Positions 18,892-28,329 of a stretch of DNA of 64,000 nucleotides are shown in pieces. The stretch comes from Nitrososphaeria archaeon (GTDB lineage Archaea > Thermoproteota > Nitrososphaeria > Conexivisphaerales > UBA164). The notes under the pieces were generated by a model. The model had not been told where the DNA came from and made no database searches. It saw only the letters and a list, made by a program, of their open reading frames with translations. Each line of letters begins with the position of its first letter. Within the stretch, counting starts at the first letter, position 1. The stretch covers positions 27,512 to 91,511 of the forward strand of contig JBMFIC010000004.1 of the NCBI GenBank assembly GCA_049976505.1, in the 5' to 3' direction. A program made the translations under genes and the position numbers.

Positions 18892-19677
18892 ATGATGAAA
18901 CCTCTTATTATAACGGCCACGCCCAATATCAGCTGGCTTCATCCAGAGATCAGGTATCCGCGGAGCCTCGAAGAGTTCGTAGAAGAGGCAAAGCAGAGCG
19001 CTAAGGAGGGAGCATCGATAATACACGTACATGCGGAGGGTGCATGGGGAAAGTACATAGACACGCTCAAGAGGGAGATGAGCGTCATAGTCCAGTGCGG
19101 TATGTCAAGCCTCGACATAAGCAAGAGGATGGAGGTCTTTACCCACAGAGCTGACATGATATCTGTTATACTTGGACACCACGACGAGGCCTTCGTGAAC
19201 GTTCAGACTCACAAGCTTCACACGAGGGAGGAGCTCGAGGAGTATATGAGGCTCAGCGAGAAATATGGAGTAAAGCCCGAGTTCGAGGTCTGGCACCTCG
19301 GACACGTTTGGAACCTCAGGTACCTGATTGGAAAAAACCTGGTGAGTATGCCGTACTTTGCTACTCTTTTCTTCAACTGGCCCGGGGGCAACTGGACTCC
19401 AGCAACGGTTCAGGAGTACAACTACAGGAAGTCTATGATGCCTCCTAATGGGGTCTTCAGCGTGAGCGTGATGGGGGATGAGATGAAGGAGATCCTCGTT
19501 CATGCTGTGCTTGAGGGTGATCACGTAAGGGTTGGGACCGAGGACCATCCGTTCATAGACGGCAGGCCCGCAACTACTCACGAGCTAGTTGCCTGGATCA
19601 GGGACATAGCAAAGGATTTAGGAAGGAAAGTAGCATCACCAGATGAAGCAAAGGCAATCATAAGGGGTGAGTTCTAG
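18892..19677 (+). CDS. Beta-keto acid cleavage enzyme (BKACE/DUF849) family
   Basis: GASIIHVH Zn motif, KPEFEVW and GDHVRVGTED. Confidence 0.85.
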   Translation: MMKPLIITATPNISWLHPEIRYPRSLEEFVEEAKQSAKEGASIIHVHAEGAWGKYIDTLKREMSVIVQCGMSSLDISKRMEVFTHRADMISVILGHHDEAFVNVQTHKLHTREELEEYMRLSEKYGVKPEFEVWHLGHVWNLRYLIGKNLVSMPYFATLFFNWPGGNWTPATVQEYNYRKSMMPPNGVFSVSVMGDEMKEILVHAVLEGDHVRVGTEDHPFIDGRPATTHELVAWIRDIAKDLGRKVASPDEAKAIIRGEF

Positions 19678-20424
19678 ATGAAGAGGGTTGCAGTTATCAC
19701 AGGGGCCGCGCAGGGGATAGGAAGGGCCACCCTCGAGCTGTTCAACGAAAGGGGATACATAACCATTGGGCTTGACATAAAGGACAGCGACGTCTGCAAG
19801 GGAAGGAGCGACTGTGAGTTCCTGAGGTGCGATGTCTCAAAGGAGGATCAGGTTAAGGAGGCCATAGATTACGTCAACAGAAAGTACGGCAGGATAGACG
19901 CACTCATAAACGTGGCCGGGATAGTTCTCGTCAAGCCTATAGAGGAAACCACGTGGGAGGAGTTTCAGAAGCTTTACGAGGTCAATGTTGGAGGGCACTT
20001 TCTCATGATCAAGCATGCCATCCCAATTATGAAGAAGCAGAACGGGGGAGTCATAGTGAACACGGCATCGGTCTCGGGACACGTGGGACAGGTGAGACAT
20101 TCGCTTTACGGAGCCACAAAGGGTGCCATAATAGCCCTGACACGGGCCCTCGCCTGGGAGCTTGCGCCATACAGGATAAGGGTGAACTCGGTGAGCCCTG
20201 GATCCGTGGATACAGAAATGCTCAGAAGCGACATAATGGCTGAGGCAAAGAGGCTGGGAAGGAGCTTTGAGGAGGTCAAGAAGGAGAGGGAAGCTGAGCA
20301 GGCATTCGGAAGATGGGCAGACCCGAAAGAGATAGCTGAGGCCATATTCTTTCTAGCAAGCGATGCGGCATCGTTCATAACGGGGACTGATCTCTTGGTC
20401 GACTGCGGTTGGGTGTCCAAGTAG
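19678..20424 (+). CDS. SDR family oxidoreductase
   Basis: TGAAQGIG, NVAG, YGATK catalytic motif, IRVNSVSPG and FITG. Confidence 0.9.
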   Translation: MKRVAVITGAAQGIGRATLELFNERGYITIGLDIKDSDVCKGRSDCEFLRCDVSKEDQVKEAIDYVNRKYGRIDALINVAGIVLVKPIEETTWEEFQKLYEVNVGGHFLMIKHAIPIMKKQNGGVIVNTASVSGHVGQVRHSLYGATKGAIIALTRALAWELAPYRIRVNSVSPGSVDTEMLRSDIMAEAKRLGRSFEEVKKEREAEQAFGRWADPKEIAEAIFFLASDAASFITGTDLLVDCGWVSK

Positions 20425-20485
20425 CTTAAAACCTTCGAATTTAAATAAAGGTTTAAATGTAATTTTTAGTTTTTAAAATAATCAG

Positions 20486-21493
20486 ATGGAAGGTAAGGTT
20501 AGGATCGGCCTTATTGGGCTTGGCGAAATTTCTCTGATCCACGAAGCTGGGTATCAAGAGAGCGGGGCAGCCCAGTTGGTCGCCTTCTGCGACGTTGACG
20601 TAGAGAGGGCCAGAGAGAGGGCTGAGCCCTATGGGGCCAAGTACTATGATGACTATGAAAAGCTGCTCAAGGATGAGGAGGTTGAGACCGTTGATATAAT
20701 GCTGCCCCACTATCTGCACCATAAGGTTGCAAAGGAGGCGCTTCTGGCTGGAAAGCACGTAATCGTAGAAAAGCCTGTTGCTATGAAGTACGAGGAGGCG
20801 ATGGACCTTATCAGGACAGCCAAGTCCATGGGGCTTAGGTTCTTCGTTGCTGAGAACACGAGGTACGTTAAGGCCTACCAAGAGAGCCTGCGGGTCCTTC
20901 AGAGCGGGGAGCTCGGTAACGTGTACTACGTGAGGACGCTAATAGCAGGCAGCGAGGTTGCTAGATATTCCGATACAGGCAGCTGGATAAGGCAGAAGTC
21001 AAAGTCCGGAGGCGTAGTCCTAGACGCCGGGGTTCACACGTTTTACTTATTCAGGTGGTTCTTCGGCGGCATTAAGGAGATAAAGGATGCGTTCTCATGG
21101 CACCTCTTAGGGGCGGATGCCGAGGATAACGCGTTGATTATAGGGGAGCTGAGCAATGGGGCCTTCTTCGTCTCTCAGTTCTCCGACACCTCTGAGCTTC
21201 CATGGACAGAGAGACTTGAGGTTTACGGTAGAAACGGGGTCCTGCTTGTGGATCAGCTGGTCAACCCGCCTGCGAAGGTCTATCATGGCACTATGGACGA
21301 GGAGGGAAGGACCCTTGAGGTTGAATATGACCCTGTTGGGTGGAAAGCAAGGTCTATCATTGAAGAGATAAAGGACTTTGTGGAGGCTATAGTTGAGAAA
21401 AGAGACTCGCTTGCCGATCCCGAGGACGCCGCGTATGCTGTTAAGGAAGTAGAGGAAGTGCAGTCTAAGCTGAGCGCCCGTGAACACATTTGA
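20486..21493 (+). CDS. Gfo/Idh/MocA oxidoreductase
   Basis: GLIGLG, GKHVIVEKP and GGVVLDAGVH. Confidence 0.9.
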   Translation: MEGKVRIGLIGLGEISLIHEAGYQESGAAQLVAFCDVDVERARERAEPYGAKYYDDYEKLLKDEEVETVDIMLPHYLHHKVAKEALLAGKHVIVEKPVAMKYEEAMDLIRTAKSMGLRFFVAENTRYVKAYQESLRVLQSGELGNVYYVRTLIAGSEVARYSDTGSWIRQKSKSGGVVLDAGVHTFYLFRWFFGGIKEIKDAFSWHLLGADAEDNALIIGELSNGAFFVSQFSDTSELPWTERLEVYGRNGVLLVDQLVNPPAKVYHGTMDEEGRTLEVEYDPVGWKARSIIEEIKDFVEAIVEKRDSLADPEDAAYAVKEVEEVQSKLSAREHI

Positions 21494-22719
21494 TGATACA
21501 AACTAAAAGATCCATAAGGTTCATTCTCGGCTTTTCTGTTTTCTACTTGGGGCTTAACTATCTCTGGATATCCTACAACTCTCTGATACTACCCACCCAA
21601 GTTCTCTACGCCTTCAGCGCTGAGCTGAGGGGCATTGCCCTAGGCGCCATAGCATCAGGGGGAGTTCTGATCGGAGTTTTAATGAACCTAATATCGGGAA
21701 TAATCAGCGATGGCATGATAACGAGGATAGGAAGAAGGAGGCCCCTGATAATGGCCGGGATTGCAGGGCTGATCCCCGTCATGATTATGGCTGCCCTATT
21801 CCCGCCGTTCGGACCTCTTGTTGCATTAGAGTACCTGCTAATGCAGATATTCTCAAACATGGCCCAAGGGTCCTTTCAGCCCCTCCTTCCTGACCTCTTT
21901 CCTAGGACTCAGAGAGGGGAGGCAGGAGGCTTTCTGGGACTGTTCACGCTCATCGGCAATGCCCTTGGATATGGTATAACTGGCCTTCTTATAGGGCTCG
22001 GAAGGCTCAGCGCATCCTGCTTGGTCGTTCTGCCGTTTATTCTTGTTCCATCGGCCATTTCCCTGTACACGATATGGATGCACGACATACCTTCAGGCGC
22101 TAAAAGAAAGGGACTAATGAAGACGCTGAAGGAGCTCTTCAGGCCACGGGAGAGGTCACCGGGGTTCTTCTGGCTCGTCATGGGATCCTTCTTCGTTCTC
22201 CTCGGGCCATCAGGGCTCATGTACTTCGAGCTTTATTACTTTAAGTATGTCCTTGTGCTTAAAAACCCGGCCTTTGGGGTTGCGACAACAGGGCTCGTCG
22301 TTCTTCTGGTGGCGATGACAGCGGCAGTGGGCCTTGGAAAGCTCTCCGACAGGGTTGGAAGAAAGATGCTCCTTATATACACAGGGATTGCGGGAGGCTT
22401 TTTCATGTCTCTGATACCTTTTCTCAGGTCCTTCTACCTTTTCCTTCTCGGGGCAGCTGCTGTTGGCGCCACAACGGGAATATTTTCGAGTATAATGCCC
22501 GCGTTCGCTGGCGACCTCTCTCCACCCAAAGCAACGGGCCAATACATGGCCTACTCGAACCTAGCAATAGGCGGATCATCAGCAGTGGCCCCAATGGTAG
22601 ATGGAGCTGTTATATATCTGCTGGGCTCGGGCTTTACGGGTTTCATGACAATGTTTCTTCTGTCGGGACTTTTCTACTTTATTGGATCTGCCTTCCTCCT
22701 TAGAACTCCCCGCGGATAA
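21490..22719 (+). CDS. MFS transporter
   Basis: Motif A in both halves (GIISDG...GRRRP and GKLSDRVGRK), about 12 TM segments. Confidence 0.85.
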   Translation: MMIQTKRSIRFILGFSVFYLGLNYLWISYNSLILPTQVLYAFSAELRGIALGAIASGGVLIGVLMNLISGIISDGMITRIGRRRPLIMAGIAGLIPVMIMAALFPPFGPLVALEYLLMQIFSNMAQGSFQPLLPDLFPRTQRGEAGGFLGLFTLIGNALGYGITGLLIGLGRLSASCLVVLPFILVPSAISLYTIWMHDIPSGAKRKGLMKTLKELFRPRERSPGFFWLVMGSFFVLLGPSGLMYFELYYFKYVLVLKNPAFGVATTGLVVLLVAMTAAVGLGKLSDRVGRKMLLIYTGIAGGFFMSLIPFLRSFYLFLLGAAAVGATTGIFSSIMPAFAGDLSPPKATGQYMAYSNLAIGGSSAVAPMVDGAVIYLLGSGFTGFMTMFLLSGLFYFIGSAFLLRTPRG

Positions 22720-22899
22720 TGTTAGACATCCACCGGATCCCCTTCCTCAGCCTGTATGTCTCCCTTTCATTTTAAATTACATCTGTGGAACTGTGCTATA
22801 TAAGCCGAGAGTCTTGGATAGGTATATTATCTGGGCAACCTTTAACACGCAGATCACTGTATCTAGGGTATCGTCGAGGTTCGTAGCACATACAACAAT

Positions 22900-23250
22900 C
22901 TCATGTTTCTTAGGAACACCACAACCCTGTCCCGAGCTGCATGTAAAAGCGCTTTAAAAACACCTTTCTGGTGTACTCTGTTCATGATTGGAAACCAGAA
23001 TCGTTTATCCACCTTACAATGTTTTTACAATGTCTTCCGTTTTTGCTCCTTTAAAGTTCACGCCCATATACAGTCTGACGCTGAAAAGCGTTGTAGCGTA
23101 CTTCGCGATACAGCCGGTGTTCAGATCTCTGCTCTCCAGATTGCCCAAGTATTTGAGCAGTAGAGCTCTGTCTTCTTTGGAATCCTCTCGTAGCTCTTGA
23201 TTTTTCGAATGCCCACACAAGTTTCTTTCTGCGGTGTGTACATCTTCCCG
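22900..23250 (-). pseudogene. Decayed N-terminal part of a tyrosine integrase paralogous to 27148-28176
   Basis: DVHTAERNL...KN...LNTGCIAKY... and VRWINDSGFQS*TEYTRKVFLKRF align with DIHNYEARL...KN...LNKGRVAKY... and LWLNGSHYSPHTKSDFKKILKRF of the intact integrase. It has a stop codon and no catalytic domain. Confidence 0.75.
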
Positions 23251-23307
23251 TCCTTCATGTTATATTATAAACTGGAGTTTTCTCCAAACACAGAACCGTA
23301 GATGAGG

Positions 23308-23326
23308 ACGCCCTAGCCGGGTTGAA
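23308..23326 (-). repeat. Degenerate att copy of the tRNA-Asp 3' end
   Basis: ACGCCCTAGCCGGG-TTGAA versus ACGCCCTGGCCGGGATTTGAA at 28230-28250 (13/14 identity in the core). Confidence 0.65.
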
Positions 23327-23573
23327 AGCTTTACGGGTTCTAATCTCTTCTAAGACTAATTAAAAATTTAAAGCATCAAACCGTGCATGATTAACCAGAT
23401 CTATTCAAAGCCTTTTAGCTCAGCCAGAAAAGCATATGATAATTCTTCCCTTAAATCATACCTATCTGACAAAAATAGTGCTAACCTTTAGGACAAACCA
23501 ACTTATTCATTATAATATAACATTTATTCTGCAAAAATATATTTTTAATTTAACAAACTTTACTTTCATTTGC

Positions 23574-25283
23574 TTACTCTAAAAAGTCATTTATGTTTAT
23601 ATACAATCCAAATTTTGTTAATCTTTGTCCTATTATAGCCGTGTCATTTGGTTTGATCTTAGCTATTTCAAGTTTTTCATTTTGATTAAACACGTACTCA
23701 ATTGGGCCATCAAGTAAGATCTCTCCGTTATTTAACACTACTGCTCTGTTACAATATTTTGCAACGAATGTCATATCATGAGTTATTATTATTATTGTTT
23801 TCCCCGCTTTATTGAGAGAACTCAAAAATTTTAAGATCTTGTCAGCTTGTGGAAAATCTTGACCAGTAGTCGGCTCATCGACAATTATAACTTCTGGTTC
23901 CATAGCTAATATTGAGGCTATTGCAACTTTTTGTCTCCACCCTTTGCTTAGAGTAAATGGGTTTTCATTGGCATAACTTTCAGGCAATCCAACTATTTCC
24001 ATTGCCTTGGTTACTCTTCGAACGAGTTCATCTCCCTTAATTCCTAAATTTTTAGGGCCGTAAGCTATTTCATCGAAAACGGTTTGTTCAAAGAGTTGAT
24101 GATCAGGATTTTGAAATATGTATCCTACTTTTGAAGCGACATCTTTTATTTTTGCTCGTGTAACATCCTTTCCATCTATAATTAATTGGCCTTCTGTTGG
24201 TTTTAGAATTCCAGCCATTATTTTAGCCAAGGTCGTTTTTCCTGAGCCATTTTGTCCTATAATAGCTACAAATTCCCCCTTATATATATCTAAATTTATT
24301 CCCTTTAAAGCCAGTGTGCCATCAGGATAGGTATATCTAATTTCTTTCATTTGAATCATTTTTTTTGACGGATCTTTATATGAGGGTTTTTCTTTAATTT
24401 GTGGAAGATCGTCCTTTTTTATTTTACTTAATATGTTATTAAATTTTCCAAGAAACTCCTCCAATGACAGAGATATAGGTCTGTTGAGTAGGTTTCTATG
24501 TATAAAATAATTTTCAATTATATTAAATTCTGGCGGATAAATTCCATGATTAATTAGTTCTTTTGGATCGCTAAAAAATTCTTCAGGCGGCATTGCTTTT
24601 ATTATTTCTCCTTTTTCAAGTAGCACTATCCTGTCAGCCAACTTCATTAATCTGTCAAATCTGTGTTCGGCGATTATAACTGTCATGTTATAATTATCGT
24701 GAATATTTTTTATAACATCAAGTATTTCCGTTTTCCCTAAAGGATCAAGTTGGCTTGTAGGTTCATCAAGAACCAATATAGGCGGTCTCCTTGCTATGAC
24801 AGACGCTATAGCAACTCTTTGTTTTTGACCTCCGCTTAATTCATAAGGCGCTTTGTTCAGATATTCATATGGCAGATTTACTACATCCATCGCCCATTTT
24901 ATCCTATCACGTATTTCATCTATAGGGAGTCCTGCGTTTTCTAATGAAAATGCTATTTCTTCTTCAACGGTCATTGTTAAGAATTGGCTTTCGGGGTCTG
25001 AAAAAACATAACCAACCTTCTCAGATAGAACCTGTGTACTTGATTTCTGCGTATCAATGCCATCTACAATTACTTTGCCTTCCATGATTCCTCGTAAGGT
25101 ATGAGGAATCAAACCGTTTATACACATCAACAAAGAGGTTTTGCCGGAATCATTAGCACCTGCAATTACTACGAATTCGCCTTTGTTTATTGTAAGATTT
25201 ATATTATTTAACGCCTTTTCTTTTGTGCCTAAATATCTCCAGCTTAAATTTTCAAATTTAATTATTTCACTCATCTTTATCAC
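23574..25283 (-). CDS. ECF transporter ATPase with two fused ABC domains (EcfA-A')
   Basis: Two Walker A motifs (GANDSGKT, GQNGSGKT), signatures LSGGQKQR and LSKGWRQK, two DEPT motifs, and FQNPDHQLF. Confidence 0.9.
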   Translation of the reverse strand: MIKMSEIIKFENLSWRYLGTKEKALNNINLTINKGEFVVIAGANDSGKTSLLMCINGLIPHTLRGIMEGKVIVDGIDTQKSSTQVLSEKVGYVFSDPESQFLTMTVEEEIAFSLENAGLPIDEIRDRIKWAMDVVNLPYEYLNKAPYELSGGQKQRVAIASVIARRPPILVLDEPTSQLDPLGKTEILDVIKNIHDNYNMTVIIAEHRFDRLMKLADRIVLLEKGEIIKAMPPEEFFSDPKELINHGIYPPEFNIIENYFIHRNLLNRPISLSLEEFLGKFNNILSKIKKDDLPQIKEKPSYKDPSKKMIQMKEIRYTYPDGTLALKGINLDIYKGEFVAIIGQNGSGKTTLAKIMAGILKPTEGQLIIDGKDVTRAKIKDVASKVGYIFQNPDHQLFEQTVFDEIAYGPKNLGIKGDELVRRVTKAMEIVGLPESYANENPFTLSKGWRQKVAIASILAMEPEVIIVDEPTTGQDFPQADKILKFLSSLNKAGKTIIIITHDMTFVAKYCNRAVVLNNGEILLDGPIEYVFNQNEKLEIAKIKPNDTAIIGQRLTKFGLYININDFLE

Positions 25284-26140
25284 TATATTAGTAAACTAGT
25301 TATGGATTTAGTAATTGTAAACCATCCCAAATAGTCGCCCAACAATATTATACTTAACAATGCAAATAATATTAATAGTACTAAAATGTCTAATGGCCCT
25401 ACATGATATTGACTTAAAATATAATCGGTTCTTTTAATTTTTTGTTTACTAAACAACATAAAACCTCTTGCATCCAGAGCCAAAGATACATCTTCTGCTC
25501 TTCTTAATAGGACGGCTAAAAGTGGAATCACATATAAACCGTACTGCTTTATCTTTTCCATAATGGGCAATGATGAAAGATCAAAAGCCCTAGCCTTCTG
25601 TGCTTCTTGTATAGTGAAAAAATCTATTAGTGAAAGACTTATAGCTCTTAATGCCAATCCTGCAACTAGGCTTATAGTGTATGGTATCTTTAAAAAACGT
25701 AGCCCTTGCACAACTTCTCTTTCTCTGGTCGTTGAAAGAAAAAATATAACCACAAACACAGCAAAAATCAATTTCATAGCAGTGACTAGAGCAAATACTT
25801 CATTTTCATAGCTAATTATTATTGGACCTATGCGATATAAAATTGTATAAGTTGGAGCATAACCGCCTGCGAAAGTATAAACAACCACTACAATAGCAAT
25901 TAAACTAACAATAATGTATTTGTAGTTTTTAAGTATTGAGAGTTCTACTTTAGAAATTTTCAATAAAATAATCATGGTTATTAACCCTAAAGCATTAATT
26001 CCAGGCGTATTAATTAAAAGGGGATACGCGCTAACGATAAGTAAAAATGCTATTTTTGTTATTGGGTGTAATTTATAGATAGGAGAATTTACTGGCATAT
26101 ACCCAAATAATGTTTTAATCATTTTTTTCTCCAATTTCAA
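25283..26140 (-). CDS. ECF transporter T component
   Basis: LHPITKIAF start, QEAQKARA and LALDARGF X-R-X motifs. Confidence 0.85.
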   Translation of the reverse strand: MKLEKKMIKTLFGYMPVNSPIYKLHPITKIAFLLIVSAYPLLINTPGINALGLITMIILLKISKVELSILKNYKYIIVSLIAIVVVVYTFAGGYAPTYTILYRIGPIIISYENEVFALVTAMKLIFAVFVVIFFLSTTREREVVQGLRFLKIPYTISLVAGLALRAISLSLIDFFTIQEAQKARAFDLSSLPIMEKIKQYGLYVIPLLAVLLRRAEDVSLALDARGFMLFSKQKIKRTDYILSQYHVGPLDILVLLILFALLSIILLGDYLGWFTITKSITSLLI

Positions 26141-26160
26141 TCACTAAAAAAATAACGTAT

Positions 26161-26796
26161 TCATGCAAGCCATCCCTTGCAGAATGCGCGTGATTTAATA
26201 ACCATGTTAGAGAGCGCTTTTAGCACAATTATGCCAAATATCAAACTTGGAACACCATTCCCTATTACCCAACCGCTAAAAAACAAGGGAGCTGAGGTAA
26301 CTGTAATCAAGTGCAACGCATTTAGTGCTGTTACTGCCCATGTAGCTCCTAAAATGTTATTTATAATTACTGCAGATAAAATATATGCAACATACCCTTT
26401 CCAACTGTTTAACCTTGGATCTATTTTCAAGTATTTAAAAGTCAAAAAAGGAATGAGTCCCTGAACAAAATTTGAAGGAAAATACGCTAAACTAACATAT
26501 AGCGGTGCTCCGGCTAGAGCGTTACTTATAAAAGGAAATATTGCGCCAGCCAATATACCCCATAAACCAAACCATATTGAACCAACAGCTTGAACTGCGA
26601 CCCCCGGCCAGAATCCTGAGACACCATATCCTAACGGCACTGCAATGCTTCCGAACGCTCCTGTAACTGCACCTATTCCTATTAATAAAGCGAAAACAGC
26701 TACATGTATAGAACCTGGTTTCCTCTTTTCTCCTTCTTCATATACCCATGGATTTTGTTCTTTTTTTAAATTTGTAGATTGTATTATTTTTACCAT
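26161..26796 (-). CDS. Putative ECF S (substrate-binding) component
   Basis: About 6 TM segments in ~200 aa; first gene of the S-T-A operon. Confidence 0.7.
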   Translation of the reverse strand: MVKIIQSTNLKKEQNPWVYEEGEKRKPGSIHVAVFALLIGIGAVTGAFGSIAVPLGYGVSGFWPGVAVQAVGSIWFGLWGILAGAIFPFISNALAGAPLYVSLAYFPSNFVQGLIPFLTFKYLKIDPRLNSWKGYVAYILSAVIINNILGATWAVTALNALHLITVTSAPLFFSGWVIGNGVPSLIFGIIVLKALSNMVIKSRAFCKGWLA

Positions 26797-27147
26797 CGCT
26801 TTTATTTAAGATGAACCGTTTTATATACTTTTCGCTCCCATTAAAACTATCCAATAATTAGTTAAACATAGCAAAACTTAACTGATTATTGGCGCAGGAA
26901 AATGGGTTCGTTTGCTTATATTGCCGGTAAGCAGTCATTATATTAGCAATTTTCTGAAAAATGGGCATAGTTTAAGCTAGGTATCTCCTCAGCGTGTAAG
27001 CGTTAAAGGAACAGGCTGGTCCACCTTTGGGATCTGTAGCATGCTATTATGTCATGCAGTATTGCTACGAGCGTTGTTCCCTTGATCTTGCTCTCGCTAG
27101 ACCTGTAATATAACCTTATACATTTTTTGTTATGTTGCTAAAGACCC

Positions 27148-28176
27148 TCAGCAAGCTTTCTCCTGCCCGCACTTCGGGCATATTATCGGCGCGAACTTCG
27201 GCCTGATCGTTTCAACGGGCCTGCCCGCGTAGATGGCCAGGAGCTTGTCGTCCAGGTCCGCCCCTGAAAGGTGTGCATATGTTCCGGGCATGCTTGAGTC
27301 TCCAGCCCAGCCATACTTCAGGATCAGCTCCCTGTCGCTCAGGTACCTTGAGTCCCTCGTGGCAGCGGTGTGCCTGAAGAGATGCGGGTATATCCGCTTC
27401 TGAACCCCGGCCTTCCTGGCGATCTCCTTGAGGATCCTGGCGGCTTTCTGGTAGCTCAGCGGCCTGTCGACGTGCTTCCTGTTTGGGCTCAGGCTTGGCC
27501 ATAGGAACGCATCAGGATCCCTGGATCTTGGATGCTCCTCGATCCATTTCGCCAGCGCTGCGGCTGAGGTGATCAGCCTTACAATCCTCGGCCCTGTCTT
27601 TCCTGTGACAACAATCCTTGCCCCCCTTTCATCGAACGTTACGTCCTTTATGCGAGCTGGCAGTATTTCGCCTATTCTGAACCCCCCTTCCGCAAGCACC
27701 GCGATCAGGGCCCTGTCCCTTGCGTTGCCTGCCGCTTTTATCATCGACTCGATCTCGTCATCTGTCAGAACCTCTATCTTCTTCCTTTCGTTGGGCTTGA
27801 CCTCGACCTGAATCCACGAAACCTCAGGAGGAAAGGGAACTGATTTGTCCAGGGAACCCGTCTTTAGCCACTTTATAAACCGCTTTAGAATCTTCTTAAA
27901 GTCGCTTTTGGTGTGCGGACTGTAATGAGAGCCGTTAAGCCATAGCATTAACTCCTCCACGTCCTTCTTAGTGAGATCCCTGAAAGGCTTATTTATCCTC
28001 CTTGCCAGTATGGCTAAGCTGTAGATGTATTTGGCAACCCTGCCTTTGTTAAGGCCCATCGAGGCGAGCAATTCGGCAAACTCCTTTATTGCGAGCTTGT
28101 TCTCTTCCAGAATGTCAGCTTTTTCCAGGTTCTTGTAGGTGTTCGCAAGCCTGGCTTCATAGTTATGTATGTCCAA
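27148..28176 (-). CDS. Tyrosine recombinase/integrase with a truncated C-terminus
   Basis: Catalytic set GGFRIGE (R), KTG (K), HLFRH, GW and TYAHL (Y). Ends after a single CPKC. Likely start is TTG 28176 with an upstream GGGAG. Confidence 0.9.
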   Translation of the reverse strand: MDIHNYEARLANTYKNLEKADILEENKLAIKEFAELLASMGLNKGRVAKYIYSLAILARRINKPFRDLTKKDVEELMLWLNGSHYSPHTKSDFKKILKRFIKWLKTGSLDKSVPFPPEVSWIQVEVKPNERKKIEVLTDDEIESMIKAAGNARDRALIAVLAEGGFRIGEILPARIKDVTFDERGARIVVTGKTGPRIVRLITSAAALAKWIEEHPRSRDPDAFLWPSLSPNRKHVDRPLSYQKAARILKEIARKAGVQKRIYPHLFRHTAATRDSRYLSDRELILKYGWAGDSSMPGTYAHLSGADLDDKLLAIYAGRPVETIRPKFAPIICPKCGQEKAC

Positions 28177-28230
28177 CTTTTTCTCCCTATTATTAAATGC
28201 AAAATTGGGATCCATACCCAACAGAAGATA

Positions 28231-28303
28231 CGCCCTGGCCGGGATTTGAACCCGGGTCACGGCGGTGACAGCGCCGCATACTAGGCCGCTATACTACCAG
28301 GGC
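28231..28303 (-). tRNA. tRNA-Asp(GTC)
   Basis: Acceptor stem GCCCTGG/CCAGGGC, anticodon arm CGGCG-CTGTCAC-CGCCG, T arm CCGGG-TTCAAAT-CCCGG. CCA is not encoded. TATA-like AAAAATTTAAA upstream. Confidence 0.97.
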
Positions 28304-28329
28304 TCATAATAGAGTTGAAGGCAAGAGCT

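Larger units (their letters stand above)
23308..28243. mobile_element. tRNA-Asp-integrated genomic island (integrase plus AT-rich ECF transporter)
   Basis: Bounded by tRNA-Asp and a degenerate direct repeat of its 3' end; tRNA-proximal integrase; cargo visibly much more AT-rich than the backbone. Confidence 0.7.

Noticed and set aside
28177-28260. The ORF track extends the integrase through the tRNA-Asp 3' half, suggesting an SSV1-type split integrase
   Set aside because: The paralogous remnant aligns from the DIH motif, a TTG with an SD sits right there, and no separate int(N) fragment is seen at the other att. The extension is probably a chance open frame.
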